Part shown: in pieces, positions 9,361 to 19,622 of the stretch
Layout: each line of letters begins with the position of its first letter
Numbering within the stretch: position 1 is the first letter of the stretch
Source of the DNA: Nitrosopumilus sp.
GTDB taxonomy: Archaea; Thermoproteota; Nitrososphaeria; Nitrososphaerales; Nitrosopumilaceae
DNA: 64,000 bases
Direction: 5' to 3'
Assembly: GCA_965207445.1 (NCBI GenBank)
Contig: CBDBLX010000002.1
Span: 2,231,849 to 2,295,848 of the forward strand
The notes under the pieces: model-generated
Seen by the model: the letters and a program-made list of their open reading frames with translations, nothing else
Database searches by the model: none
Told to the model about the DNA's origin: nothing
Program-made: the position numbers and the translations under genes

Positions 9361-10362
9361 CTATGAACGTCGATCTATAATATCATCTACATTAGGTCCA
9401 GTTCCGATAATACTTGCAGGTATTCCTAATGCTTCTTCTATATCTTGTATAAATTTTTTAGCATCATCAGGCAGATCATCAAACGATTGTTTGCCAGCAC
9501 ATTTTGGATATCGAACATCAAGTTTTGTCAGTGCAAATTGAGTCGCTCCATTAAGCATTGCAGCACGCGCCGCTAAACTCAGATCAAAGTCTGCAGCGCG
9601 ACGTGGCCTACCTGTGACTGTACCATACTCAGACCAACCACGTTTTTTAGTCTCTTGCTCAGATAGTGTATTTTCAAGTGGGCCTGTGCCGACTCGTGTA
9701 ACAAAAGCCTTGAACACTACCATAACCTCATCTACTTTTGTAGGTCCCAAACCAATGTCTGCACATATTCCAGAGGCGGTCACATCTTTTGATGTCACGT
9801 ATGGATATGTTCCATGCCACAACGACAAAAATGTACCCTGTGTTCCCTCTACAAGCACATTATACCCTGCTGCAAGTGCAGAGTTTATTTGATGAGGTAC
9901 ATCTGTAATCATACCAGACAATGACGGTACATCACGTGCTAGTTTGAGTGTGCGCAATGCTCGATCAGAGTTTGCAGGACCAGTACCAGAACCAGTGCTG
10001 CCAATCTTTTCTTTTAGACGGCCACCAGAGTCACGTTCACGATGACTATTCTCAATTATTCCACAATTTGCATCGATAAACGTCTGTTTTTTTGCATCAA
10101 ATTCCTTGATCTCACGTAAGAGTACATCAGGATCAATCACAACACCAGGTCCGATCATTACCTTTGCATCACGATTTAAAAATCCGCTAGGTAGCATACG
10201 AACTTTGTATGTATTTTTGCCATCTTTGATGGTATGTCCAGCGTTTGGTCCTGCTCCACCACGTACAATGATATTAGGCGAGTCCTTTTTTGCCAGATAA
10301 GATATTACCTTACCTTTACCCTCATCTCCAAAAAATCCACCTACAACTATTGTTAATACCAC
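9361..10362 (-). CDS. purA: Adenylosuccinate synthetase (short archaeal type)
   Basis: GGFFGDEGKGK, GPNAGHT, EGTQG, YPYVTS, EYGTVTGRPRR, LTKLD. GTG start at 10362 preferred. Confidence 0.96.
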   Translation of the reverse strand: MVLTIVVGGFFGDEGKGKVISYLAKKDSPNIIVRGGAGPNAGHTIKDGKNTYKVRMLPSGFLNRDAKVMIGPGVVIDPDVLLREIKEFDAKKQTFIDANCGIIENSHRERDSGGRLKEKIGSTGSGTGPANSDRALRTLKLARDVPSLSGMITDVPHQINSALAAGYNVLVEGTQGTFLSLWHGTYPYVTSKDVTASGICADIGLGPTKVDEVMVVFKAFVTRVGTGPLENTLSEQETKKRGWSEYGTVTGRPRRAADFDLSLAARAAMLNGATQFALTKLDVRYPKCAGKQSFDDLPDDAKKFIQDIEEALGIPASIIGTGPNVDDIIDRRS

Positions 10363-10476
10363 GAGATAGCAATCATATGACATCTTAATTAATGTAATAA
10401 AATTACAAATAGTACCCAACTGATCAAAAACTCAAATACAAGTGTCAAATATTGAATATGTTTTAGTATATGAGAC

Positions 10477-10628
10477 GTGTGAGTCAATCTCTTTGGACGC
10501 AATAATAAAATCACATACTCGTGTGAGATCACATTCCTGTCTGCATATCAAATATCGTGCATGCGATGCATTTGACTAGTAGCAGTTATTTTCAAATGAG
10601 TGTATCAGTCATGGAACTTGGATCACAC
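10477..10628 (+). mobile_element. MITE family B, copy 2
   Basis: GTGTGAGTCAATCTC ... GAACTTGGATCACAC with the shared interior. Confidence 0.8.
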
Positions 10629-10668
10629 TATGAAATCTATAATGAATAGCGCATTGTACACACACATA

Positions 10669-10749
10669 GTAACCGTTCAACCCTTTCCCAAATTTAGGCA
10701 CAAATTCACCGCCTAATGTCTGGTGCAGGTACTGAGGTTGAAAGGTTAC
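10669..10749 (+). mobile_element. MITE family C (~81 bp, IS66-type ends), copy 1
   Basis: GTAACCGTTCAACC ... GGTTGAAAGGTTAC. Confidence 0.85.
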
Positions 10750-10785
10750 ATATGAGTTTATTATACTCAAGAACTCTGTTTAAAT

Positions 10786-11247
10786 ATGACGGGTGAGAAT
10801 TTTGCAGGAAATATAATATCTAATCTAGCAGGTCTACCAGATTTTTTAAGAAAACCTATACTTGCCAAAAGAATGAAGGAATTTTTTGCATTGCCAGAAT
10901 CAGAAAAACAAGAGATTATTGAAAATGCACTCAACGCAGGACCTACAGTAGACTTTGGCAGATTTGAAAAACTTTTCAAGACATGGCTTGAGATACTCGC
11001 CACATTACAATCAGAGCAACGAGCAGAACTGATAAGCGCATATGTGACCAAAGTAGTAAAAGATCCAGAAAAATTGATTAAATTCAATACAGATGCCATA
11101 TTTGGAATATTTCTAACATTGCAACCAGAACAACACAAATTAATCGCCGCATCACTGAGGGATGCAGTGTCAAGATTAGATGAGAGAGAGTCAAAGATAA
11201 TCAAGTTAATAGTACCAGATGTAGCACAACAGTATTTAAGAATATAA
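10786..11247 (+). CDS. Conserved hypothetical protein
   Basis: 153-aa ORF with a TATA-like motif upstream and normal composition. Function not recognised. Confidence 0.75.
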   Translation: MTGENFAGNIISNLAGLPDFLRKPILAKRMKEFFALPESEKQEIIENALNAGPTVDFGRFEKLFKTWLEILATLQSEQRAELISAYVTKVVKDPEKLIKFNTDAIFGIFLTLQPEQHKLIAASLRDAVSRLDERESKIIKLIVPDVAQQYLRI

Positions 11248-11395
11248 AAATAAATGAGTGTCATAAATCGAGATATATCAAAAACTCAAAATTAAAAATA
11301 ATTGAAAAAAAATAGTATGAGGGAAACAATAAAGACAACGACGCAAAGAACATTCAATTGAAAATCATAATAGTGACAATTGACAAATACAATTA

Positions 11396-11608
11396 TTGAA
11401 GATCAAATGTGCAAAGTGTAAAAAAGACGCAATTCTCGCATCAGATTTTTCATCTGTAAAATGCAATACATGTGAATTTGATATGAGTTATGGCAAATAT
11501 GTAAAATATGTAGCACATAACAATCCAATTTACTCAGACATATTGAGTGACTATGCGGGTGCTGCAAGTAAAGGGCTATCATCAGGAAGTCTTGATGAGT
11601 GGGACTAG
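11396..11608 (+). CDS. Small zinc-ribbon protein
   Basis: CAKC...CNTC pairs. Confidence 0.7.
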   Translation: MKIKCAKCKKDAILASDFSSVKCNTCEFDMSYGKYVKYVAHNNPIYSDILSDYAGAASKGLSSGSLDEWD

Positions 11609-11650
11609 CAAACCAATACCTTATCATACTAGATGCACATATTACATATA

Positions 11651-11938
11651 ATGAAAGAGTACAGAACACACGTACAGATAATAGGTGAGATCCTCTCAAC
11701 TGCAAGAGATGATGTAGAAGATGAATACGGCTCTACAGTCACATATTTAATGAAAAAGACCAATGTGCCACATGACAGACTTACAAAGATGCTAAACATG
11801 TTAACAAAACGTGGTTTGATAGATAAAGATCAGTCAAGACCAACAAACAGATACAAGATAAATGATAATGGGAGAGAGTTTTTGCAAGCATATGTGTCAT
11901 TTACAGAATTAGCAAAAGATTATGGATTAAGTATGTAA
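11651..11938 (+). CDS. Winged-helix DNA-binding protein
   Basis: YRTHVQIIGEIL...TYLMKKTNVPHDRL...YKINDNGREFL. Paralogue of 18006-18284. Confidence 0.85.
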   Translation: MKEYRTHVQIIGEILSTARDDVEDEYGSTVTYLMKKTNVPHDRLTKMLNMLTKRGLIDKDQSRPTNRYKINDNGREFLQAYVSFTELAKDYGLSM

Positions 11939-12128
11939 TCGTATATTGCAAACTCAAAAGATCCTAAAATCTGTACATGGTATTAATGATCGATTTTAAA
12001 AAAAGGTTCGCGATTACCTTTGGCCAATTTTAAATACAGTACAGTAAATTCAGACGAATCATCAAATACAAAACATCCATACCACAAAGATACACAGAAT
12101 ATAATAGAGCAAACACATATGATACACA

Positions 12129-12734
12129 ATGAATAAAATTGTGTGCAATTATAATGGAATTCAAATAGCATCGCGTATGCTCAAAGACGGCAAAGTCATC
12201 ATATTCCCAACAGATACAGTATACGGAATAGGGTGCGATCCATACAATACAAAAGCAATCAAAAAGATTTATGAGATAAAATCACGAGACATATCAAAAC
12301 CACTTCCAATACTAGTAAATTCTATTGACACGGCACAATCAATATCTGATATGAATGACATATCGACAAGTATAGCAAAAAAATTTTGGCCAGGTCCACT
12401 TACAATAATTGCGAGTATGACAGATTCAAAATTGGCAAAATCAATGAACATACAGATGCAAGGAGGTGTTGCGCTCCGAGTTCCCAATCACAAGTGTATA
12501 CTAGAGTTGTTAAATGTATGTAAGATGATTACAGGTACAAGCGCCAATATCTCAAATATTCAATCAACTGGCAATCCAGATGAATGTGCAAGATCAATGA
12601 CGATGTATGATATGATTTTAGATGGAGGGATCATAGTAAATCCTACAGAATCTACAATTGTTGATACTCGAGATGGAAATATTACCATAGTAAGAAAAGG
12701 CAAAATAACGATGCAAGATTTGCAAAAGGTGTGA
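12129..12734 (+). CDS. tsaC: Threonylcarbamoyl-AMP synthase (TsaC/Sua5 YrdC domain)
   Basis: FPTDTVYGIG, KxR...KPL, WPGPLT, TSANIS, STIVD. Confidence 0.93.
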   Translation: MNKIVCNYNGIQIASRMLKDGKVIIFPTDTVYGIGCDPYNTKAIKKIYEIKSRDISKPLPILVNSIDTAQSISDMNDISTSIAKKFWPGPLTIIASMTDSKLAKSMNIQMQGGVALRVPNHKCILELLNVCKMITGTSANISNIQSTGNPDECARSMTMYDMILDGGIIVNPTESTIVDTRDGNITIVRKGKITMQDLQKV

Positions 12735-13264
12735 TTATGAATTTAATTGTAACTTCTCAAAGACATATGGAGCAAGAGGCAGCAGATGAAATTCAAAGAA
12801 TTTTGAGTGTGATGGGTGATGATACACCAAACATTACAATTACAGACATGTCAGGAATATTAACAGTCGATACGACACTTGACCCGATACTAGTATCAAA
12901 AGAGATAAAAAATATTCTCATAGACGAGCCATGGGCTGTTCGATATTGTATGAGAATCATACCCATACAAGCTACAGTTAGTGCAAATACAGATGCAATT
13001 GCACAAACAGCAGTTAAAATGGCACTACACATGATACCAAAAAATGCAACATATAGAATCACTATTGAAAAGCGCAACTCAAGTCTTACAAGTAGTGATA
13101 TCATAACTGCCATAGCTGACCATATAAAAAACAAGGTATCACTTGATCATGCAAATATGACAATATTAGTAGAGATAATTGGTAATGAAATAGCAGGTGT
13201 ATCAGTATTACATGATACGGACATATTTAGTGCAGAAAAGACTCGTCGGGATATGAATCAATGA
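12731..13264 (+). CDS. THUMP-domain RNA-binding protein
   Basis: LIVT..RHME, RIIPI, YRITIEKR, VSLDHA..ILVEIIG. Confidence 0.85.
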   Translation: MIMNLIVTSQRHMEQEAADEIQRILSVMGDDTPNITITDMSGILTVDTTLDPILVSKEIKNILIDEPWAVRYCMRIIPIQATVSANTDAIAQTAVKMALHMIPKNATYRITIEKRNSSLTSSDIITAIADHIKNKVSLDHANMTILVEIIGNEIAGVSVLHDTDIFSAEKTRRDMNQ

Positions 13265-14125
13265 TTATGCAACATCAGAGCTTAGAACAGCAGCCCGTTC
13301 TGCTAAAATGTCCTCAAGGGGAGTGTTAGATATAGTCGAGTTTATTGCCCTTTGCGTGATCTTGAATCGTTTTTTTAAAAACATAGTATAGTCTGATGTA
13401 AACAGTACAGATAAAACAGAATTATCAAGTGAATTGTACAAAGAGTCAAGATATCGAGGGGCGCCAGTTGATACGAGTACAAAAGAGTGACGTGACGACT
13501 GTGATATACCAGCATCTTTAATTGCAATGGATATTTGGGTTGTAATGGCAAAGCGCATTAAAATGTCAGTCTCGATCTTTTTTGCAAGCATTATGTTACG
13601 TTTTTGAGACTCAGATGACAAGAAAAGTATCTTTCTTGCGTGTGTTTCATTTAACACATACTTTGCAGATATGATTTGAATTGTTGTCTTTGGATGAGAT
13701 GTCCTCAGTTTGTCAAGAAATAGTACACTGGTATTGCCGCGTATTCCGATAATATCAAAGCGTCGTGTTTTTAATTTTATAGTGATTCTTGTTGAAGAGG
13801 TCAGGGTTGTGGTTGGTGACGAACTGATATTATTATTACTACTACTATTATTACTATTATTACTACCACTACCACCATGCACTATAGGTATTATACTAAC
13901 AACATCATTATCACGTACCATAGACGATGTGCCACCAATAGCAGAAGTATCTGCACCATTGATTGCAACAAGTGTGTTTCTCAAGTCAAGTTTAGGAGAG
14001 TTTTCAACTTGCATGTTTTGTAGAATACGAACCAATTCATCAAGTGATACATCTGATCGATTAATGTTAATCACACTCTGCGCAAAGAGTTTCTTTGCAC
14101 CACCAACAAGTTCTACGCGGATCAT
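13265..14125 (-). CDS. cgi121: MoaD/ThiS ubiquitin-like domain fused to KEOPS subunit Cgi121
   Basis: N-terminal beta-grasp ending IIPIVHGG, then a Ser/Asn linker, then ETDILMRFAITTQISIAIKDAGI...LAERAA (Cgi121). Confidence 0.85.
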   Translation of the reverse strand: MIRVELVGGAKKLFAQSVININRSDVSLDELVRILQNMQVENSPKLDLRNTLVAINGADTSAIGGTSSMVRDNDVVSIIPIVHGGSGSNNSNNSSSNNNISSSPTTTLTSSTRITIKLKTRRFDIIGIRGNTSVLFLDKLRTSHPKTTIQIISAKYVLNETHARKILFLSSESQKRNIMLAKKIETDILMRFAITTQISIAIKDAGISQSSRHSFVLVSTGAPRYLDSLYNSLDNSVLSVLFTSDYTMFLKKRFKITQRAINSTISNTPLEDILAERAAVLSSDVA

Positions 14126-14160
14126 ATTTGTGACTTTTGTTATTCTGCTATATAACGTAC

Positions 14161-14688
14161 TCAAAAAGAGGCAGGTTTGTCATCAGTATTGTCGTTATTA
14201 TGATTAGTTGTGTTTTGGGCATGAGAGTCTAATGGTTGTTTGCCACCATCATTATCATTATTGTCTAGTTTATCACCAACAGACTTTTGAGTATTTTCAT
14301 CACCAACAGTATCAAGTGCAACAGAGCTGTCATTTACAGCAAGACCAGTATCTTTGTTATATTCACCATCACGAGTCACAACAACATCTGAATTCTCATC
14401 GTAGTTGTTTACAACAGAATTCTCAGATCTAGCCATTCTATGTGCATTTGCTTGTCGCTCTTTCTCTTCTTCTCTAGCTTGTGCTTGTTCTTGTTCTTCT
14501 TGTGCCTTGAGTGAGCGTATCTCATTTTTGACCATTTTTGTAATATAGCCTGCAATCTTATTTTTTAGTCCCTTTGAGCGTATAATTGAAAGATCATTGA
14601 GTATTTGTTTGTTACCTGCAAAATCCTCGCCAAACTCTGACTTGTGTTTTTCAAGTATCTCAAATGACAGTTTTCTGACTCTGTCCAT
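14161..14688 (-). CDS. rps17e: 30S ribosomal protein eS17 with long acidic C-terminal tail
   Basis: MDRVRKLSFEILEKHKSEFGEDFAGNKQIL...SKGLKNKIAGYIT. Confidence 0.9.
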   Translation of the reverse strand: MDRVRKLSFEILEKHKSEFGEDFAGNKQILNDLSIIRSKGLKNKIAGYITKMVKNEIRSLKAQEEQEQAQAREEEKERQANAHRMARSENSVVNNYDENSDVVVTRDGEYNKDTGLAVNDSSVALDTVGDENTQKSVGDKLDNNDNDGGKQPLDSHAQNTTNHNNDNTDDKPASF

Positions 14689-14817
14689 AAGGCATACAAA
14701 AAGGATGGGTATATTATACCTAGTCACGCTCAAATCAAGACAAAAATTTCACTAGTATAATCACAAGTGAAGAATTACATTTTATGTACAATAGTTCAAT
14801 TAACGTACTTTACAATA

Positions 14818-14900
14818 GTAACCGTTCAACCCCCGTGTACCTGCGCCAGACACTAGGCGGTGAATTTGTGCCTAAATTTTGGAAGGGGTTGAACGGTTAC
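14818..14900 (-). mobile_element. MITE family C, copy 2
   Basis: GTAACCGTTCAACCCC ... GGGGTTGAACGGTTAC. Confidence 0.88.
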
Positions 14901-14939
14901 ATAATAAAAGACCATTTTATTTTTTAGTCTGTTGTATGG

Positions 14940-15020
14940 ATAATCGTTCAATCCTTTCTCAAGTTTAAGCACAGATTCATCGCCTAACTTTTTGTGTATG
15001 TGCCAAAGTTGAACGGTTAC
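14940..15020 (+). mobile_element. MITE family C, copy 3 (degenerate)
   Basis: ATAATCGTTCAATCC ... AGTTGAACGGTTAC. Confidence 0.75.
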
Positions 15021-15071
15021 GATTTATCCAGTTGTGTAGTTATTATATTCACAAAAGGTTAATTTATATAA

Positions 15072-15872
15072 TCATTTGCATATGGTGTTAAATGATTCCA
15101 GTCCAAGGTATTTTACAGAATTTTTTACAATCTGATCTGCCATACGATCATACTCCATATGATGTAAATTAGACATGACATAAAGCACACTTGCAACAAA
15201 ACAAGATTGTCCTGACTTTTGCTCAAAGCATCTAGAAAACTTTACAGGACCATCAGTCTCAACTAAAATCTGATTCACATCAGAAATAGAGATCAATTGC
15301 TGTTTGTCATTTGCATAAACAGAGACAGGTCCATATGATATGTAAAATCCCATATCATGTGCACGTGCAAGTTGACGTTTGTTACCATCAAACCAATGCA
15401 AAGATGCACATGATGCATCAAAAGATGTCATGACATCAAATACATCATCAAGACTCTTTCGAGAATGAATCGATACAGGTTTTTTCAATTTGGATGCTAG
15501 TTCTAGCATACTCACAAATGCATGCATCTGTTGAGACGATATCACACCATCAGATAAAGTCGGGTCTAGTCCGATCTCACCAATACCCATTATTTGTGAT
15601 GTGTTTTGTTCTGCTAACAATGTTAAATTATACAGCATATCATCAACACCAATTGCACAAACACATTCAGGATGCAAGCCCACAAAAGCAAACACAGAAT
15701 CACTCATGTTTGCAATGTGTAATGTACGTACTGAATCATTATAGTTCATAGATACTGCACATGCTGCAATATGTAGACGCTCAAGATGACATAACACGTA
15801 ATTCAGATCATCAGCATATGCCACATCTGACAAATGTATGTGAGTATCAACATATTTTGGCACCATTCTCAT
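15072..15872 (-). CDS. TatD-family nuclease
   Basis: DTHIH, GLHP, GIGEIGLD, SIHSR, LHWF, ILVETDGP. Confidence 0.93.
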   Translation of the reverse strand: MRMVPKYVDTHIHLSDVAYADDLNYVLCHLERLHIAACAVSMNYNDSVRTLHIANMSDSVFAFVGLHPECVCAIGVDDMLYNLTLLAEQNTSQIMGIGEIGLDPTLSDGVISSQQMHAFVSMLELASKLKKPVSIHSRKSLDDVFDVMTSFDASCASLHWFDGNKRQLARAHDMGFYISYGPVSVYANDKQQLISISDVNQILVETDGPVKFSRCFEQKSGQSCFVASVLYVMSNLHHMEYDRMADQIVKNSVKYLGLESFNTICK

Positions 15873-15965
15873 AGAAATTACGCATAATTGGTTTGTATAA
15901 ATCGATTTAATGGCCTAATTTTTTTGATCTATATCCTTTTGTTCATAATTTACGAAATACAAATA

Positions 15966-16184
15966 ATGGTAAAAACAGAATTTGGTACAACAGCCATGTA
16001 CAGAATACTCAAAAATGCAGGGGCAACAAGAATCAGCGATGAATCAGTAGAAGAGTTCAGGAGAACAATGCAAGAGATAGCAGATGCGCTAGCCAAAGAT
16101 GCAGTTGAGATGGCAAATCATGCAAAGCGTCGTACTATCCAAGGTCAAGACATCAAGATGGCTATGCGGCACTATCGGATATAG
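15966..16184 (+). CDS. Archaeal histone (HMf-type fold)
   Basis: MYRILKNAGATRISDES...AVEMANHAKRRTIQGQDIKMA. Confidence 0.92.
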   Translation: MVKTEFGTTAMYRILKNAGATRISDESVEEFRRTMQEIADALAKDAVEMANHAKRRTIQGQDIKMAMRHYRI

Positions 16185-16221
16185 TAACAAGGATTAATTG
16201 TCTGTAGCATGAACACAGGCC

Positions 16222-16293
16222 GGTAAGATGGCAGAACGGTTATGCGTGGGCCTGCAAAGCCTATACAAGGGGGTTCGACTCCCTCTCTTACCT
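16222..16293 (+). tRNA. tRNA-Cys(GCA)
   Basis: Acceptor stem GGTAAGA/TCTTACC, anticodon arm TGGGC-CTGCAAA-GCCTA, T arm GGGGG-TTCGACT-CCCTC. Confidence 0.95.
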
Positions 16294-16842
16294 CTCATAA
16301 ACTGATATTGTACCTTCCATCCATGGATGTAGTGTGCAATAGTATTGATATGTGCCAGGTACAATAAATAATAGAGTGTACGAGTCATACGGATCCATAA
16401 ATCCACTATCAAACATATCCATAGGTGCATCAAAAGTGCCAGATGTGACACTGTGAAATGCAGAGTCGTTGTTTGTCCATGTTATTGGCTCGCCTACAGA
16501 TACATCATATGTGGAGGGTAGATAACAAGAGTCAGTGACTTCACATCCAGGCCGTGACACCTTTGTTGGCATTACAATGTCAGTCTTACGGTTCAGAGGA
16601 TCAAGTACGCGAACCAAATCATTAGAAAAGTGATCAGGGTTTGATTTGCCAATAGTGTTATTTTCAGATGTGATAAATGAGGTGTTAGAGTCAGGCGTCA
16701 TCTCATCAGTTGCAATCATGGCCACTACTACAACTACACCAACTGTTAAAATGGATGCTATAATGGTCACTATAACTAGTAATAATTTTTTGTCGTCTTT
16801 GTGTGATGTGGCATTATCAGAGCTATGATCCACATCGACCAT
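16288..16842 (-). CDS. Membrane-anchored blue-copper (plastocyanin-like) protein
   Basis: TM helix, then WTNNDSAFHSVTSG...FDSG...YYCTLHPWMEG (H-C-H-M ligands). Start at 16842 is inferred. Confidence 0.9.
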   Translation of the reverse strand: MVDVDHSSDNATSHKDDKKLLLVIVTIIASILTVGVVVVVAMIATDEMTPDSNTSFITSENNTIGKSNPDHFSNDLVRVLDPLNRKTDIVMPTKVSRPGCEVTDSCYLPSTYDVSVGEPITWTNNDSAFHSVTSGTFDAPMDMFDSGFMDPYDSYTLLFIVPGTYQYYCTLHPWMEGTISVYER

Positions 16843-17095
16843 ACATATGCATAACTTTGGGGTGCTAAATAGTTGAGTCTTTTTCTTTAAGATCGTTTTT
16901 ATACAGATGTAAGAGATTTTGGTCATTGGCAAAAAGCAAAAAATGCACAATGTGTTATGAAACAACAACACGAGAATTTTATCCAATGAAAGAGTGGAAT
17001 GTAAAAGGTCCACTATGTGGCAAGTGTTACTCTAAGATGTTACACGAGCATTACCCAGGCGAGCACATCAGAGTCAATAAAAGCACCACAACAGA

Positions 17096-17713
17096 CTAAA
17101 AAGGTGATTGTTTAGAATACTTGTGTGTATAAAGGCAGTTCCACACAAGTGGGTCGTTGCGTATTGCCTTTTCATCAGACTCGGATATGAACTTGATATC
17201 AGTTATGGTCTTTTTTCTGCGAGACATTGTAACTTGAAACGAGACAAATGATTCACAGTCACACACATGATAAAGGCAAGAGTCATTGTCATTCTCATCA
17301 TGATCCCTTGCTTCATGGCCACATCTGCTACACAATGCACTCTTTTTTACATCCTCAAGGGTTGTCTTTTCATAGACACCCAATCTCAGATATGCCTCAC
17401 CATCATGACCATTCTTAAAGCGTGCATAGTTATCAGAGATTGCAATATTTTTGTAAAATGACAAGTTCTGTGAAGGTTTCTTAGTCTGTGCGCCCATGAT
17501 AAACCAATAGGTATCATCACTAGATTCGACAAATCTAATCTTTATTGTATAATCAAGCCACCAATATATGACATCACGCCACAATTCTGCAGATTCTTTT
17601 TGATCATGGACCAAGGGTACAATAGTCATACGTAGATCATAATATCTATATGCAATACCAGATATGCCATCAAACCAGGGTATTGGAGATAATGGTCCTC
17701 GAGACTCTGACAT
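17096..17713 (-). CDS. Hypothetical protein with Cys/His cluster
   Basis: 205-aa ORF with C..CGH...H....CLY..CDC. Confidence 0.75.
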   Translation of the reverse strand: MSESRGPLSPIPWFDGISGIAYRYYDLRMTIVPLVHDQKESAELWRDVIYWWLDYTIKIRFVESSDDTYWFIMGAQTKKPSQNLSFYKNIAISDNYARFKNGHDGEAYLRLGVYEKTTLEDVKKSALCSRCGHEARDHDENDNDSCLYHVCDCESFVSFQVTMSRRKKTITDIKFISESDEKAIRNDPLVWNCLYTHKYSKQSPF

Positions 17714-17880
17714 TGTATGAGATCGCTCTGTGGCGTATTTATCTGATCGCGATCACTCAAATTTGTCAAGCACAAAAGGATTTCAGTTCATGGATTGTAC
17801 GGTGGTGTATTTATCTGATTATAATCATAGTAATCAACACGACGACGATGATAACAGCAGCAACAACAACAGCAAAAAAG

Positions 17881-17961
17881 GTAACCATTCAACCCCTTCC
17901 CAAATTTAGACACATATTCACCGTCTAACTTCTGGCGCAGGTACAAGAGTTGAACGGTTAC
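17881..17961 (+). mobile_element. MITE family C, copy 4
   Basis: GTAACCATTCAACC ... AGTTGAACGGTTAC. Confidence 0.85.
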
Positions 17962-18005
17962 GTCTAATGCCTTAAGCTTATATTTTAGTAATAAAACTAC
18001 ATAAC

Positions 18006-18284
18006 ATGGTATATAGAACAAGCATGCAGATTGTAGCGGATCTATTGACTGCAACACAAGATTCAGGACAAGAAGGTATCAAGACTACATCTCTACTAAC
18101 AAAGGCGAATCTTTCGCACTCGCGCTTATCAAAATTCATGAAAAACCTTACAGGTGCCGGACTAATAAACCGCATAGACTATGACGGCAAGAACACGTTT
18201 GTAATCACCCCAAAAGGTAGACAATATTTAGAGTCATACGCAAAATTCTCTAGCATAGCAGAGTCATTTGGACTAGACCTCTGA
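18006..18284 (+). CDS. Winged-helix DNA-binding protein
   Basis: YRTSMQIVADLL...LLTKANLSHSRL...FVITPKGRQYLE. Confidence 0.9.
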   Translation: MVYRTSMQIVADLLTATQDSGQEGIKTTSLLTKANLSHSRLSKFMKNLTGAGLINRIDYDGKNTFVITPKGRQYLESYAKFSSIAESFGLDL

Positions 18285-18387
18285 TCATAGAGGCTTTCCT
18301 CTCTCTTTCTTTTTGAATTACAACATATACATAGCAAATGACAGATAAATTCATACAGCGTACTAGAACAATATAATTATACAAGAG

Positions 18388-18606
18388 TTATCGTTTTTTA
18401 TTTCGTTTGCGTTTATCGTATGTGTTCTGTCGTTGTTTTCTTGTCTTATAAGCATCATACAAAAATATAGCAACTACACCCCCAATCGATACCCAAAACA
18501 ACACATAAAATGGAGGGTTTCGTATCTCACCAGTACTCGGACTTACAAATGCAATTGGTATTCCTACAAACATGAATATTAAAATAATTGTAAGATACTT
18601 GTCCAT
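18388..18606 (-). CDS. Small two-TM membrane protein
   Basis: Two hydrophobic segments and a basic tail. Confidence 0.65.
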   Translation of the reverse strand: MDKYLTIILIFMFVGIPIAFVSPSTGEIRNPPFYVLFWVSIGGVVAIFLYDAYKTRKQRQNTYDKRKRNKKR

Positions 18607-18657
18607 ACCATGCTTTAACTGCAAAACCATATATCTTTTTGAGTTATCCATAGTATA

Positions 18658-18855
18658 ATGAAAAAAGGACTCGAGTTGATAGGATTTGTCTTAATTGGAA
18701 TAATGGTACTTGCATTTGTAGGTGCGCTTCGCCCTGCAATAGAGGCAGGAACTTCAATGGTATTTTGGGGATGTGCCGCAGGCGCGCTTGGAATAATAAT
18801 ATACAGAAAAATGATCAAAAAAAGAGAGGTAGAGGACACAGACAACCTACAATAA
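18658..18855 (+). CDS. Small two-TM membrane protein
   Basis: 65 aa with two hydrophobic segments. Confidence 0.55.
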   Translation: MKKGLELIGFVLIGIMVLAFVGALRPAIEAGTSMVFWGCAAGALGIIIYRKMIKKREVEDTDNLQ

Positions 18856-18860
18856 CACGT

Positions 18861-19539
18861 CAATAGTCTGCAACCTGTTTTATATGATTTTATTTGAATA
18901 ACTTACAATGTCGTTGAACATCGATGATCATATTTTATCAGATCAAATACAAAGTATTATATGGAAATATTGTAGTACCTCAGAACACATATGAAAATCA
19001 GGTACTAGAACATTGATATGAATTAGGGCGGGTAAATTGTAAGGTTTTACGAAAACGATTCGTCGATCTTGGATCAAAGATATCAACCAGACATAGCAAG
19101 GTGTAGATGATTATCTTGGTTTACTTACCTTGTAGTCTGTATGTGGTGTAGTCCAGTTTTGATCAAGTAATGGTGTAGATGATTATCTTGGTTTACTTAC
19201 TACCATGTCACTCAACAACATGTGTGTAAATGCAACAACACACAAAAGAAAACACAATGAATCTAACTATTTTAGAAAAAACGAGCGTATACGCATATAC
19301 CATCTAAAAGTACTGTGCTCAGATGTCTAAAGAGCGCAGAACTAGAGCACATGAAAGTCGAGGTGACAAGAACGTCAGACGTTCCACAATGCCAAAAAAC
19401 ACAACATGCTCAAAAAAGATAAGCACCATTGCAATTGATGAGCAGGTGGGAATTAAAACATGGCAGTTATTGCCAGTAAATGTACTGCACTGTACAATTA
19501 AAATAAGATCATTAAAATTAGGCACATTGCGGATTACTA
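18861..19539 (+). mobile_element. Internally deleted, decayed copy of the ISH3 element at 58904-60294
   Basis: Aligns by eye to the reverse complement of 60294-59795 and then jumps to the last ~105 bp of that element. Degenerate TIRs CAATAGTCTGCAACCTG and CACATTGCGGATTACTA. Confidence 0.88.
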
Positions 19540-19622
19540 ATGTGTGTAATCAAAGAATATAATAAAATATGATATAATTAAACAAAATAAAATAGTACTA
19601 TATTTATTTTTCAGTGTCAAAA

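Noticed and set aside
17030..17095. Possible TPP-riboswitch-like or sRNA motif on the minus strand
   Set aside because: Only a GGGTAATGC fragment matches; the conserved CTGAGA and ACCTGAT elements are missing.
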